A DNA stretch of 28,027 bases from Promethearchaeota archaeon (GTDB taxonomy: Archaea; Asgardarchaeota; Lokiarchaeia; Sigyniarchaeales; SOKP01). The notes beneath the pieces were generated by a model. The model did not search any database, had not been told where the DNA came from, and was given only the letters and a program-made list of their open reading frames with translations. Both the position numbers and the translations under genes were made by a program. The DNA lies in assembly GCA_048941265.1 (NCBI GenBank), contig JBHLNT010000041.1, positions 1 through 28,027 on the forward strand. The letters are read 5' to 3'. Below, piece by piece: positions 16,924 to 26,691 of this stretch. How positions within the stretch are numbered: the stretch's first letter is position 1; every line of letters starts with the position of its first letter.

Positions 16924-18030
16924 ATGGTAAGAATAGAATGGGAAAATAAAAAAGACATTTCGGGTAAAATTTCCGAAAATATCGATCGCTATAAGCATAA
17001 ATTTAAAAAAATAGCCCTAAGTCCCGCTTTTCCTATAAATGATTCACTTAATAGAAAAAATACGAAAAATTGGACTAATAAACTAATATGGGGAGATAAT
17101 CTTAAAGTTCTTTATTATCTTTTAAATAATTTTAAAGAAAAAATTGATTTAATTTATATAGATCCGCCATTTTTTACTGGCTCTAATTATCATATAGAAA
17201 TTAAATCTGAAGAGAAAAATTATGATACAATTGCATATTATGATCAATGGAAGAATAATTTGGATTCCTATTTACAGATGCTTTATGAAAGAATATTTTT
17301 ATTCAAAAAATTATTATCAAAAACCGGACTAGTATTTGTACACTTAGATTGGCATGCGAGTCATTATATACGAACAATTTTGGATGAAATCTTTGGGGCA
17401 AATAAATTTGTAAATAATATAGTATGGTATTATTACAATAAGTACTCTGCGGGAAAACAAAACCTTCCCCGAGCTCATGATGATATTTTAGTTTATTCTA
17501 AAACAAATACTTATACTTTTAATGAGCTAAGAATTCCTCGTGATAAACCAATAAAACAACTAAAAAGAGAAATGGTAAACGGAGTTTTAAAAAACGCTAA
17601 AGATGAAAATGGTAAGGTAATTTATAGAATAGTAAAGGATAAAAAAATGGATGATGTGTGGAGAATTCCATGTATGCAACCTGCTTCAAAAGAATGGACT
17701 GGTTTTCCAACTCAAAAACATCATGAATTGCTAAAGAGAATAATCAAATTAGGAAGTAATAAAGGAGATTTAGTTGCTGATTTTTTTTGTGGTTCAGGAA
17801 CAACCTTATTGATTGCAGAAAAGTTAAATAGGAGATGGATTGGTTGCGATATCTCAGAATATTCCATTTATTTAACTCGCAAGAGGCTTATGGATTATAT
17901 TGAAAATAATAAAAATATCTTAAAAGAAATACATCCTTTTGAAATATATACTCACTTAAACAGTGAACATACGAATATTATCAATTCTGGATTTTTCGAA
18001 AAAGATTTATTGATTAGAAGGAAGAAATAA
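16924..18030 (+). CDS. Site-specific DNA methyltransferase (N6-adenine/N4-cytosine, beta class, Mod-like)
   Basis: LIWGDNL, motif IV LIYIDPPF, FPTQK, motif I DFFCGSGTT, and RRWIGCD, in beta-class order. Confidence 0.93.
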   Translation: MVRIEWENKKDISGKISENIDRYKHKFKKIALSPAFPINDSLNRKNTKNWTNKLIWGDNLKVLYYLLNNFKEKIDLIYIDPPFFTGSNYHIEIKSEEKNYDTIAYYDQWKNNLDSYLQMLYERIFLFKKLLSKTGLVFVHLDWHASHYIRTILDEIFGANKFVNNIVWYYYNKYSAGKQNLPRAHDDILVYSKTNTYTFNELRIPRDKPIKQLKREMVNGVLKNAKDENGKVIYRIVKDKKMDDVWRIPCMQPASKEWTGFPTQKHHELLKRIIKLGSNKGDLVADFFCGSGTTLLIAEKLNRRWIGCDISEYSIYLTRKRLMDYIENNKNILKEIHPFEIYTHLNSEHTNIINSGFFEKDLLIRRKK

Positions 18031-18055
18031 ACCCACAATTCACTGATATGGAAAA

Positions 18056-19252
18056 ATGTATCAAATCAGAAATGAATATGATCGAACAATAGAATCCATT
18101 AATTCTATTACAAAGAAGTTTGATTTATTAAAGGAAGAAATCCCTAAAAAACGCTGTTTTCTAGGATGGGATGGTTTTGTTGATCATTTATATACTGTTA
18201 TTCAATCTCGTGAAAGTCTAGGTAAATGGATTCCAATTGAGACTATGAAAAATTTCGGAAATTTAATTAAAAAAGTCGCGGGAAGTTCAATGGGTATAAA
18301 TGTGATTTTAAAAAGAAAAACAACTGGAGGATTTACCTCAAATGTGTGTAAATGCATTAATAATTTAGGTGCAAAATTGTCATTGGCTTGTGCATGGGGA
18401 TTTCCTAAACTATCAGATGTTTTTAAAGATTATTTAGAATCGAGAGATGCTATTGATGTAAATTCCTTTACTAATCCCGGAATAACTACGGGACTTGAAT
18501 TTAATGATGGAAAAATAATGTTAAGCGACATTGAAAGTATATTGAAAATTAATTGGGACCTTATAAAAGAAAGATATGGTATAGAAAAGCTTTTGCAAAA
18601 ATTCGAGGAGAATAATCTTGTTGGACTAGGCTATTGGGCAGTGATAATGCAATTTGAGGATATTTTACATCATATTGTAGCAGAAATACTTCCTTCTATT
18701 TCAAATTTAAAAGATAAATTGTTATTTTTTGATTTAGCTGACGTTAAAAGAAGAACTAAAAAGGATCTAATAGATTTTTTAAAATTTCTTCCAAAAGTAG
18801 AGGAATCTATTCCATTGCTTTTAAGCTTAAATGATCAAGAAGCAAAAGATATTATATATGCTCTCCATAAAGAAAAGATTTTGGATATTCCTCGCAAAAA
18901 AGTCGAAGATTTAACTGAAGCCGGAATATTCATAAATAAATTCCTAAATCTTTCATATATAGTAATTCATTCACCTCATTTTGCTACAATTTCTACAAGA
19001 AATGACCACTACTGGGTTACTGAGGGTTTTACTTCAAATCCGCGTTATACAACCAGTGCAGGAGATCATTTTAATGCGGGAACAGTACTTGGTTTAGCAT
19101 GTACTTTACCTCCTGCTGATGCTATTCTAATGGGAAATGCAATAACAGCTATTTTTGTCAGAACTGGAAAATCCCCAACTTTTCAAGACTCTAATACATT
19201 TATACAAAATTATATGGATTATATTAAATCTGATAATCCTAACTTTCCTTGA
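18056..19252 (+). CDS. PfkB/ribokinase-fold carbohydrate kinase
   Basis: N-terminal GWDGFVD, LLSLNDQEA and the C-terminal signature TTSAGDHFNAG. Confidence 0.82.
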   Translation: MYQIRNEYDRTIESINSITKKFDLLKEEIPKKRCFLGWDGFVDHLYTVIQSRESLGKWIPIETMKNFGNLIKKVAGSSMGINVILKRKTTGGFTSNVCKCINNLGAKLSLACAWGFPKLSDVFKDYLESRDAIDVNSFTNPGITTGLEFNDGKIMLSDIESILKINWDLIKERYGIEKLLQKFEENNLVGLGYWAVIMQFEDILHHIVAEILPSISNLKDKLLFFDLADVKRRTKKDLIDFLKFLPKVEESIPLLLSLNDQEAKDIIYALHKEKILDIPRKKVEDLTEAGIFINKFLNLSYIVIHSPHFATISTRNDHYWVTEGFTSNPRYTTSAGDHFNAGTVLGLACTLPPADAILMGNAITAIFVRTGKSPTFQDSNTFIQNYMDYIKSDNPNFP

Positions 19253-19283
19253 AAGATAGGAGGTTCTAAATATTAGAAAGATG

Positions 19284-20294
19284 TTAGATTTCCTTTTTTT
19301 TAGATAGATCTACTAATATTGGATTTCGAAGGGATTCATATTCTTCCCTGCTAAATTGAGTTCGAGATTTCATGACCGATCCTATTATTGAAAAAGATCC
19401 TAATATTAAAATAAAGAGTAAAATCGGTAAATCTAAGGTTAGTTTCTCATTTGGAATATGAGGATCAAAGACAGACCATCCGAGACTTAAGCTTAACGCT
19501 AAAAGGATTAGTATTCCGCAAGTACAATCACATCCACTACAATCGAAACTACCGCCACCGCCACCCTCCCCTTTGATTTTTTTTTTAACTTTGATGTTTT
19601 TTCTTTTAGAATATTGAACTATCAATTTCATAATACGTTCTAAGCCTTTTTTATTGAAATCGACATACTCTCTAAGTAAAATGGTTTGGTTTTGTGATGG
19701 AGTAGACTTATAAAATTCTAAAGAAAAATCTCTTCCCTTTCTCCATAAAATCTTAACACGTTGAATTTTAGACCAGTTAACTTGATAATTCTGTACATTT
19801 GGGAGAGAAATTTTTATGAAGTCATCTGTAATAGAAAAAATACTAGGTTTTGCTGTTTTTTTTGCCTCCTTAGTGCGTATTTTGGCGCGATTATAAAAGA
19901 TTATTGCCAATACTAATAATGGAATTCCAATGCCAATGAATATAACTGCTAGAGGAAAAAAACTCTCATAAAAACTCCCATAAAAAATCAAGAAATTAAT
20001 TCCGTACATTAGCATCATTATTCCAATTATGATTCCACATATATATGCTCGAGAACGTTTAGGTTCTGGAATCTCTGAAAAGGTGATGGAATTTTGTTGA
20101 TAATGTTTAATATTGATACCGCAGTATCTGCAAAATTTATTTTCAATTTTATTAACCCTACGGCATTTTGGACAAACTTGTTGGGACTCAGGATTATATT
20201 TTAGTAATTTAGCACCACAATATATACAGTAAGAAGTGCTTGCTTTATTTTCCCCACCACATGTTGCACAAAAAATTTTTTTATCTAATGCCAT
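19284..20294 (-). CDS. Double zinc-ribbon membrane protein (DZR + 2TM + soluble domain + Gly/Cys motif + 2TM)
   Basis: Four CxxC motifs (CATC, CIYC, CPKC, CRYC), two TM pairs and GGGGGSFDCSGCDCTCG. Start is ATG 20294 or GTG 20303. Confidence 0.8.
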   Translation of the reverse strand: MALDKKIFCATCGGENKASTSYCIYCGAKLLKYNPESQQVCPKCRRVNKIENKFCRYCGINIKHYQQNSITFSEIPEPKRSRAYICGIIIGIMMLMYGINFLIFYGSFYESFFPLAVIFIGIGIPLLVLAIIFYNRAKIRTKEAKKTAKPSIFSITDDFIKISLPNVQNYQVNWSKIQRVKILWRKGRDFSLEFYKSTPSQNQTILLREYVDFNKKGLERIMKLIVQYSKRKNIKVKKKIKGEGGGGGSFDCSGCDCTCGILILLALSLSLGWSVFDPHIPNEKLTLDLPILLFILILGSFSIIGSVMKSRTQFSREEYESLRNPILVDLSKKKEI

Positions 20295-20404
20295 AACGCC
20301 CACTCATATTTCGGATTTCTTGAAGTAATTTTTTATTAACTCATAAAATGAAACACTCTTTTTTAATATTTAATCATTTTTAAAAATTACATCGAACTTT
20401 TCGA

Positions 20405-22339
20405 TTATTTAATTTTAGAGATGATCACTTTATGAATTCCATCTTGTTTTATTTTAATAAATACTAATTGCAAATCTTCATTTTTTTCCACGATTCCCTC
20501 ATTGATTTCAATTTTATAACCCCCTGGATAATGTATTTGTGGTATATAAAGAAGTGTAGGTGCTTGAATAGAAGAATCTCCATCAAATTTAAAATGAAAC
20601 GTTCCTCTTTTAAGATTAAATCCCATCTTCAATGGAGTACCAGAACAATATAGAAAATGAGGTCTGCAAAATCCTTTAATCGCTCTTCCTCCGCTGTTAA
20701 TATCACTTGAATCAAGTTGTTGATCTCTGCTAAATATCGATAAGTCCTCTAAATTCCATAAATCCCCCCATTCATTGGAATTATCAGAAGTATAATTCCA
20801 TTGTGTACCGTGAAGTAAATTTGTGTCCATTGCATCATAATACATACTTAATGCTTCAACATTTTTTTTAAAAGCTTTTTGTCCTTTTTTTTTAAATGCT
20901 TTGTAAGCTTTTTTATTTTTAAGGTCAAAATGAAGGCCAAATTCGCCTAACAATGTTGGAACACCTCCCGCAACATATTTTGAAAGGCTTTTAATTTGTG
21001 CTAATTGGCGGTTATACATTTTTTGGACTTTTTTCTTTCCAAACACAAGTTTATCTGTCATAATATCATAATTTACCCTTATCCATGCCTTTTTCGTGGT
21101 GACAGATGCTGCATCATACCAATGTGCGGCATTCACAAATGGACCCTCATCTTGAGAGAGATTAAAATTAGTTTTTTTGCCCATTATCATAGTAACTTCA
21201 GGACCTTCGAAAAATATGATAGAGTTAGGGATTATAGTTCGAATTTCTTTTGAGAATCTTAAGATAAATGGTGATAAATACTCTTTGTAGAAGTCAACTT
21301 TTTTTCCATTAAAAATTGCAAATTGATCATTGTTTAGGATGATAGGTTTCCCATTTTCATCCAAGTCCCATACTTTTTCTCTACGCCAGATGTCTTGAGC
21401 TCCCTCAAGCCAACATGAAACTCTGTTTTTATTTAAGAAATCCTTTCTTGTTTCTTTGATTGAAGTAAACTTTATCTCTCGAAATGGGACAATCCTTGAA
21501 AATCCTGCTGCTGTTAGCATGGCGTCAAAAGGAGTAAATGCGTGTCCCAAAACTTCAGAGAATCCTTCTTTTCCACTTCCATCTACTTTATCCTCAATCC
21601 ACCCTTTCTTTGGTTCATTTAAACTATCAAATCCTATGACGTAAGAGAAATCTTTTACTCTATTTGCTACTTGCTTAACTGCCCCTATATAATGTTCTTG
21701 AAAATAATCTTGGACATTTATCCCATCTATTTTACAAGAAGGTGCAAAATCTCTTCCACCAAAAAATAAGGTCCACATCGTAGCATTAGCAAACCGTACA
21801 TTATTATTATCCCAGTACATAGATGGATATGATTTAGGATTATTTGAGTCATATCGATATTGCATAACAAGGGCAGCTTCACTCTCATCAAATTTAGTAA
21901 AATTTAACCCAACTTTTTCGAAAAGCCAACCAGGTGCTCCATCACCACCGGTCATTCTGCTCCAAACATCTTGATGGGGATCAATAAATATATAGAATTT
22001 GTATTTTTCAGCAATCTTTAATACCTCCTCGATATAATCTAAATATTCTTTATCATATTGCTTAGGACCTTTATGCTCTATAGCCTCCCACGTTATTATA
22101 AACCTCAAACAATTAAATCCCCATAGTTTTATTCGACTGTAATGCTCATCTGCCTCTTTTATTGAAAAAGGTCTACCAACAAATGATACATCCCTATGAT
22201 CTCTAAAATCTGTTTTTATATTCGTAGCACCATTAGGATATGTAGGGACTTTTGAGCTTCCTCCTAAATTCACACCTCTTAATAAGACCTTTCTACCATG
22301 TCCATCTATGAACCACTCTTTTTTAACTGTTAATGACAT
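20405..22339 (-). CDS. Glycoside hydrolase family 5, endoglycoceramidase/steryl-glucosidase-like
   Basis: LRGVNLGGSSKVP, TWEAIEHKGP, DPHQDVWSR, acid/base FDSLNEP, AAHWYD, nucleophile LLGEFG, WNYT, WNLEDLSIFS and a C-terminal beta-sandwich. No signal peptide. Confidence 0.9.
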   Translation of the reverse strand: MSLTVKKEWFIDGHGRKVLLRGVNLGGSSKVPTYPNGATNIKTDFRDHRDVSFVGRPFSIKEADEHYSRIKLWGFNCLRFIITWEAIEHKGPKQYDKEYLDYIEEVLKIAEKYKFYIFIDPHQDVWSRMTGGDGAPGWLFEKVGLNFTKFDESEAALVMQYRYDSNNPKSYPSMYWDNNNVRFANATMWTLFFGGRDFAPSCKIDGINVQDYFQEHYIGAVKQVANRVKDFSYVIGFDSLNEPKKGWIEDKVDGSGKEGFSEVLGHAFTPFDAMLTAAGFSRIVPFREIKFTSIKETRKDFLNKNRVSCWLEGAQDIWRREKVWDLDENGKPIILNNDQFAIFNGKKVDFYKEYLSPFILRFSKEIRTIIPNSIIFFEGPEVTMIMGKKTNFNLSQDEGPFVNAAHWYDAASVTTKKAWIRVNYDIMTDKLVFGKKKVQKMYNRQLAQIKSLSKYVAGGVPTLLGEFGLHFDLKNKKAYKAFKKKGQKAFKKNVEALSMYYDAMDTNLLHGTQWNYTSDNSNEWGDLWNLEDLSIFSRDQQLDSSDINSGGRAIKGFCRPHFLYCSGTPLKMGFNLKRGTFHFKFDGDSSIQAPTLLYIPQIHYPGGYKIEINEGIVEKNEDLQLVFIKIKQDGIHKVIISKIK

Positions 22340-22436
22340 ATAAATCCTGTTTTATTATTTTTCATGTAATTTAAGAAGTAAAATAATATATCTGTTGTTA
22401 AAAGGGTACATTAGTAGTAAAAAAAATTTAAGATAA

Positions 22437-22607
22437 ATGAGTTTATTTTTAAAGATGAAAGAAATAACCTAGTTATTTTGTAAATCAAATGTTATTAGCC
22501 TATTTAGATAAAGATATATTTAAGAATTTAGAAAATATTTGACGTTTTTGGAAAAAAATAGGTTAATTTCTATCAAACGAGAAAAAAAGATTACGTTTTC
22601 AGAATAA
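22437..22607 (+). pseudogene. Possible decayed small wHTH gene
   Basis: A single frame from ATG 22437 with three internal stops, ending in EFRKYLTFLEKNRLISIKREKK, a wHTH-like recognition helix and wing pattern. Confidence 0.2.
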
Positions 22608-22652
22608 TAAAAGAAATAAATGGATGAGTAATAATTCAATTTAAAATTACTT

Positions 22653-23375
22653 TTATTTCTTTTCTCTTTTTTTTCTTATTCTTTGGATATTTTTACCCCA
22701 AATATATTCTTTATTTAACCGATTAGCATATTGTTTAATGAGATTTCTGATTTTTTTCGCCGTCCTTGATTTAAATTCCCTTCCTAACTGGATTGAAGTC
22801 TCTTTTATCAAAGCATCATTCAAGAGAAAATTAATTTTAAACGTTTGAAGTCGAATTCCTACAGGGAATGCAGCATAATACCCTGAATCATATTTATATA
22901 GCTGAACCGTGTTAAATTCTGACCACTTAATTTGAAAAACAGGTTTCTCCGGAATTTTGATTTTAATTTCTTGATCCGAAATTGAAAATGTACGAATGGG
23001 TCCCATAACTCTCGTGAACCTAAATACCTGAATAAGTAAGCAAAGTGTTATCGGAAATGCGGTAAGGAGCAATAGTAAAAAAATTATCACACTCCATGGA
23101 GTTACGAAAAAGGAATATATCATAATAACTAATATAAGTATAAATAAAATAAACGTACAACAATTCAAACAATATTTATATCCTGCAAGAGTTTCAGTAA
23201 TCTGCACTTTATTTGTTTCGGAAGTATCTGGGACTCGCATAACTTCTTTCTTTACAGGTTCAATTCCTTCTAAACTACCTCCACAATTACGACAATAACT
23301 ATCATCAGGTTTGTTTGCTTGACCGCAAGCGGGGCAAATTTTTTGGGTTTCTAAATTTTCACTCATTTTTATCAT
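22653..23375 (-). CDS. Zinc-ribbon membrane protein (Zn ribbon + 2TM + PH-like domain), paralog of 19284-20294
   Basis: CPACGQANKPDDSYCRNCG and two TMs. 'FSISDQEIKIKIP...QIKWS' matches 'FSITDDFIKISLP...QVNWS' in the paralog. Confidence 0.8.
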   Translation of the reverse strand: MIKMSENLETQKICPACGQANKPDDSYCRNCGGSLEGIEPVKKEVMRVPDTSETNKVQITETLAGYKYCLNCCTFILFILILVIMIYSFFVTPWSVIIFLLLLLTAFPITLCLLIQVFRFTRVMGPIRTFSISDQEIKIKIPEKPVFQIKWSEFNTVQLYKYDSGYYAAFPVGIRLQTFKINFLLNDALIKETSIQLGREFKSRTAKKIRNLIKQYANRLNKEYIWGKNIQRIRKKREKK

Positions 23376-23483
23376 CTAAAAATTTTAGTTTTACTTCATA
23401 TTTACTGTAAAATTAACTTGGATTATAAATTTGCATTATATGCACTATTGGGATGAGATTATATTTAAATATTTAAAAAATTA

Positions 23484-23499
23484 TCGACAAATCTGTCGA
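23484..23499. promoter_or_regulatory. Palindrome TCGACA-N4-TGTCGA, candidate TF site or hairpin
   Basis: Perfect 6-bp GC-containing arms in an AT-rich intergenic region, just upstream (minus strand) of a TTTAAATA-like box. Confidence 0.35.
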
Positions 23500-23543
23500 G
23501 TTAATTTAAAATATTTTTATAAAAAATAAATTTAGAGAATGAG

Positions 23544-24980
23544 TTAAGAATATTGATTATGATAAATAATATTGTATCCTAAATATTTGAAAAGGGCTTC
23601 ATAGACAATATCTCCAACTTCATTAAGGGTAGCAGCAACATGGTGCGCAAAGCCACCCAAACACACAGATTTTAATAATTCTTGAAGATTCGGAATTTCA
23701 ACTACACCATAACCTCCAAAAGTTTTTAATGGATCGTCGGTATATTTCCCCTCAGCAATTAACGCTTTCATATCTCCAAAAATATCATCCGTTTCAATTC
23801 TGAGCATTGTACAAGGTCTTGTTTTAATCCTCCCTTGAATAGCTCCAAAAGACACTTCGCTCCCTTTTTCATCAGCGATAATCGGATGAGCGGTCATTCT
23901 TATATCTTGAAAGAAAGATTTAGGAAGATTGCTACAATGGAAAAGAACCATCTTGTTAGGATCATCACCATAATTGTTGTTCCAATCTAAAATAGCAGAT
24001 GGGGTTTCGGAGGCATACTGCAGAATTAACATTCCAACAAGGCCGGATATATCAACTTCACATGCAGCAGGAACTAAACCTTCACTAAATATACTCATTA
24101 CCGCGCAAGGGACAATTCCATAATTATCTTGTATGGAAAACCAACATTGAAAGGCAAACCCATCTAATTCGTTTTCTAAGATCCATTCTTCAACAACAAC
24201 GGCAAGTTTTGCCAATTTTACTAATCCAACTTCAGGTAATTTTTCTGTAGAAGTATAATTTCTAAGGAAATCTATTTTCTCCTCGATTCTATGATCATCT
24301 TCTTCAAGTCGATTTATAGCTCCTAATATTTCAGATAAATCTATTTGTTCAACAGTAATACCATTAAATTGTAATATTTTCTCACTATAACGAACTGTTT
24401 CAAATGCATTAGGTCTAGTACCAATTTGGCCTATTCTAAGATTCTTAAGCTTTTTTACTATCCTACAAATCTTTCCAAATTTTCGAATATCGTTTTTATA
24501 TATTTCAGATTTTATAGGACAGGTATGCTGTGTCGTTAAAGTAAAGGGAATACCGTATTGATACAAAACGCTGCATACTGATATTTTGCCACAAAAGGCA
24601 TCCCTTCTATTTGCTCTATTCATCATATCAATTTCATCTGAAGATGCTTGAATTAAAACGGGAACATTTAGGTTTGCAATTTTAAGAGTTTCTGCTATGC
24701 CTTTCTCATCCCCAAAGTTTGGGAGACATATAATTATCCCCATAATTCTTTCCCTATTTTTTTTAAATAAATCGGCACATTTCTTTGCGTCTTCACGTGT
24801 TTCTACGATACCATATTTAGTTTCAGATTCATCCAAAATCACATATTCATAATCCATCTCTTTCATAACTTCAAGAATTTCTAATCTTCCCTCTTTTGCA
24901 AGATGATCAGGAAACACATCTCGATTGCCTACAATTATTCCAAAAGTAATATCTTCGGGTTTTTTATAAATAAACGACAT
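23544..24980 (-). CDS. L-fucose/L-arabinose isomerase family protein
   Basis: GNRDVFP, PNFGDE, RRDAFCGKIS, RPNAFETVRYSE, ACEVD, LDWNNN, FHCSN, TFGGYGV, FAHHVA. Confidence 0.9.
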   Translation of the reverse strand: MSFIYKKPEDITFGIIVGNRDVFPDHLAKEGRLEILEVMKEMDYEYVILDESETKYGIVETREDAKKCADLFKKNRERIMGIIICLPNFGDEKGIAETLKIANLNVPVLIQASSDEIDMMNRANRRDAFCGKISVCSVLYQYGIPFTLTTQHTCPIKSEIYKNDIRKFGKICRIVKKLKNLRIGQIGTRPNAFETVRYSEKILQFNGITVEQIDLSEILGAINRLEEDDHRIEEKIDFLRNYTSTEKLPEVGLVKLAKLAVVVEEWILENELDGFAFQCWFSIQDNYGIVPCAVMSIFSEGLVPAACEVDISGLVGMLILQYASETPSAILDWNNNYGDDPNKMVLFHCSNLPKSFFQDIRMTAHPIIADEKGSEVSFGAIQGRIKTRPCTMLRIETDDIFGDMKALIAEGKYTDDPLKTFGGYGVVEIPNLQELLKSVCLGGFAHHVAATLNEVGDIVYEALFKYLGYNIIYHNQYS

Positions 24981-25012
24981 TATATTTTACTCACTATTAT
25001 AATTAGATTATG

Positions 25013-25041
25013 AAGATAAATACCTGCTCAATATTTATCTT
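25013..25041. promoter_or_regulatory. Inverted repeat AAGATAAATA-N9-TATTTATCTT in the isomerase promoter region
   Basis: Perfect 10-bp arms at 25013-25022 and 25032-25041, located 33-61 nt upstream of ATG 24980. Confidence 0.45.
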
Positions 25042-25067
25042 TTTTTTAATACTCCTAAAAATTATTT

Positions 25068-25841
25068 TCATTCAAGAATATCGCGGGGATAAGTTTTTTT
25101 TGCATTATCTGCTAACTTTAAATCTATATCTAAAGTTAAAAATGGTTTTTCTGGAGTAGTGGTTCCTATTACCTTTCCGTTTTCAGGTTCGATGATCCAT
25201 CCTTTACCACCAAATTTGACTCCCTGATTACTATAACCCCGACGATTCGATGATAAACAATAAGCGCCAGACATTATGGCGGCAATTTGACCTGCCAAAA
25301 TCCATTTTTCTCCTGTAGAAAAAAGTGAAGCTCTTGGACATAATAATATTTGAATTCCCTGCTTAGCATAAGCACGAGCATGTTCTGTAAACCAAAGCTC
25401 TGTACAGATTAAAAAGCCGAAACAAATATTATTCAAAATATAGGTAGAAAAGCTTTTTTCTCCTCTTTCATACCATGATGCTTCCCAAAATCCTTGTTCA
25501 TTTGGAAGATAATATTTGGTATGAACTTCCGTAAATCCTGTTTCTTGTTTCCATATAAATGCTTGATTGAAACGATATCCAGAATTAATAATCGGATGAG
25601 TTCCACATATTAAAATATCCTCAAGAGATTTAAACCTTGAAGTCCACCTTTCATGGGCAAGTACAGCTTCTCTCCAAATATTAGGATCTACTTGATCTGT
25701 GTCTGCTATCCAAGGATAAAAGGGCATCTCGGGAAGAAGGAGCAAATCACTTTTTTCATTTTTGATATGTTTAATTAAAACTTTCCAATCTTCTTCTAAA
25801 TCCTCTAATTTATCCGGTAATTCACAAACAGTAACCTTCAT
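25068..25841 (-). CDS. Carbon-nitrogen hydrolase (nitrilase superfamily amidase)
   Basis: Glu-Lys-Cys triad motifs LLPEMP, HTKYYLP..GFWE and LICTELWFTE, plus SSNR. Confidence 0.92.
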   Translation of the reverse strand: MKVTVCELPDKLEDLEEDWKVLIKHIKNEKSDLLLLPEMPFYPWIADTDQVDPNIWREAVLAHERWTSRFKSLEDILICGTHPIINSGYRFNQAFIWKQETGFTEVHTKYYLPNEQGFWEASWYERGEKSFSTYILNNICFGFLICTELWFTEHARAYAKQGIQILLCPRASLFSTGEKWILAGQIAAIMSGAYCLSSNRRGYSNQGVKFGGKGWIIEPENGKVIGTTTPEKPFLTLDIDLKLADNAKKTYPRDILE

Positions 25842-25925
25842 TATAACTTTCTTTTCCTCTGATACTTATTCTATTATAAAGGAAATTAACTTAAATTATC
25901 TAATTTTTATTGCTAAAAATAGAAA

Positions 25926-26660
25926 TCACAGAATAGAAAAGAATTTAAATACCGAACTTGGGTCAAATTGAATGATTTTTTCCAAAGGGATAAATGCATT
26001 GAACATAAGATAAGATCTTAGTTTATTTTCGCCATTTTTTTCATCTTGCTCTATGATTTCTAGCATCCTTTGATTAAATTCCTTAATTAATCTATCATAC
26101 GATTGTTTCCCTTTTTCAGTAAGAAACCAAGCATTATATTTTATGCGATTTTCAAGATAAACATCCTGAGATTTAATATGCGAATTTGATTTTTCCTTAG
26201 AGCTCGAATCATCTATAAATTTATATATTTGGTTAATTAAATCAAATATATTTATAATTAATTCAAAAAATTTCATATCGTTTTGAATTACGTAATGAAA
26301 CAGATTCTTATTCTCTTTTTTTTGTAAATTTTTTAAATCTTCAATATTAACAGATAATTTCTCGAGGAAATTCGGCACTAATTCATAAATATTCGAATCA
26401 CTCTTCCCACTCTCTTTTTTAGTTGAAATTCTTATAATATCGCCTAATTTCTTTAAATGGTGGGATGTCGTAGATTTCACCCTTCCGAGGAGTGCACTTA
26501 ATTCTGTTAAACTTAATTTTCTGAAAACTATTAGTAAAAGGATTAATCTGAGGCGTGTCAAATCATTTAATAATGCTAACGTATGAGTTCTCTTTTTATA
26601 TCTTTCAATAGTTGCTTGCGAATCTTTTTCCGATATTAAATCAGGATTCATTTCATTCAT
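25926..26660 (-). CDS. ArsR-like winged-helix transcriptional regulator with C-terminal extension
   Basis: LLNDLTRLRLILLL...SLTELSALLGRVKSTTSHHLKKL...NIYEL. Confidence 0.85.
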   Translation of the reverse strand: MNEMNPDLISEKDSQATIERYKKRTHTLALLNDLTRLRLILLLIVFRKLSLTELSALLGRVKSTTSHHLKKLGDIIRISTKKESGKSDSNIYELVPNFLEKLSVNIEDLKNLQKKENKNLFHYVIQNDMKFFELIINIFDLINQIYKFIDDSSSKEKSNSHIKSQDVYLENRIKYNAWFLTEKGKQSYDRLIKEFNQRMLEIIEQDEKNGENKLRSYLMFNAFIPLEKIIQFDPSSVFKFFSIL

Positions 26661-26691
26661 TGTTATATTAATACCTATATAAAAATAATCA

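Noticed and set aside
15558-25971. Short ORFs at 15558, 20468, 21005, 21456 and 25762
   Set aside because: Antisense shadows of identified genes.
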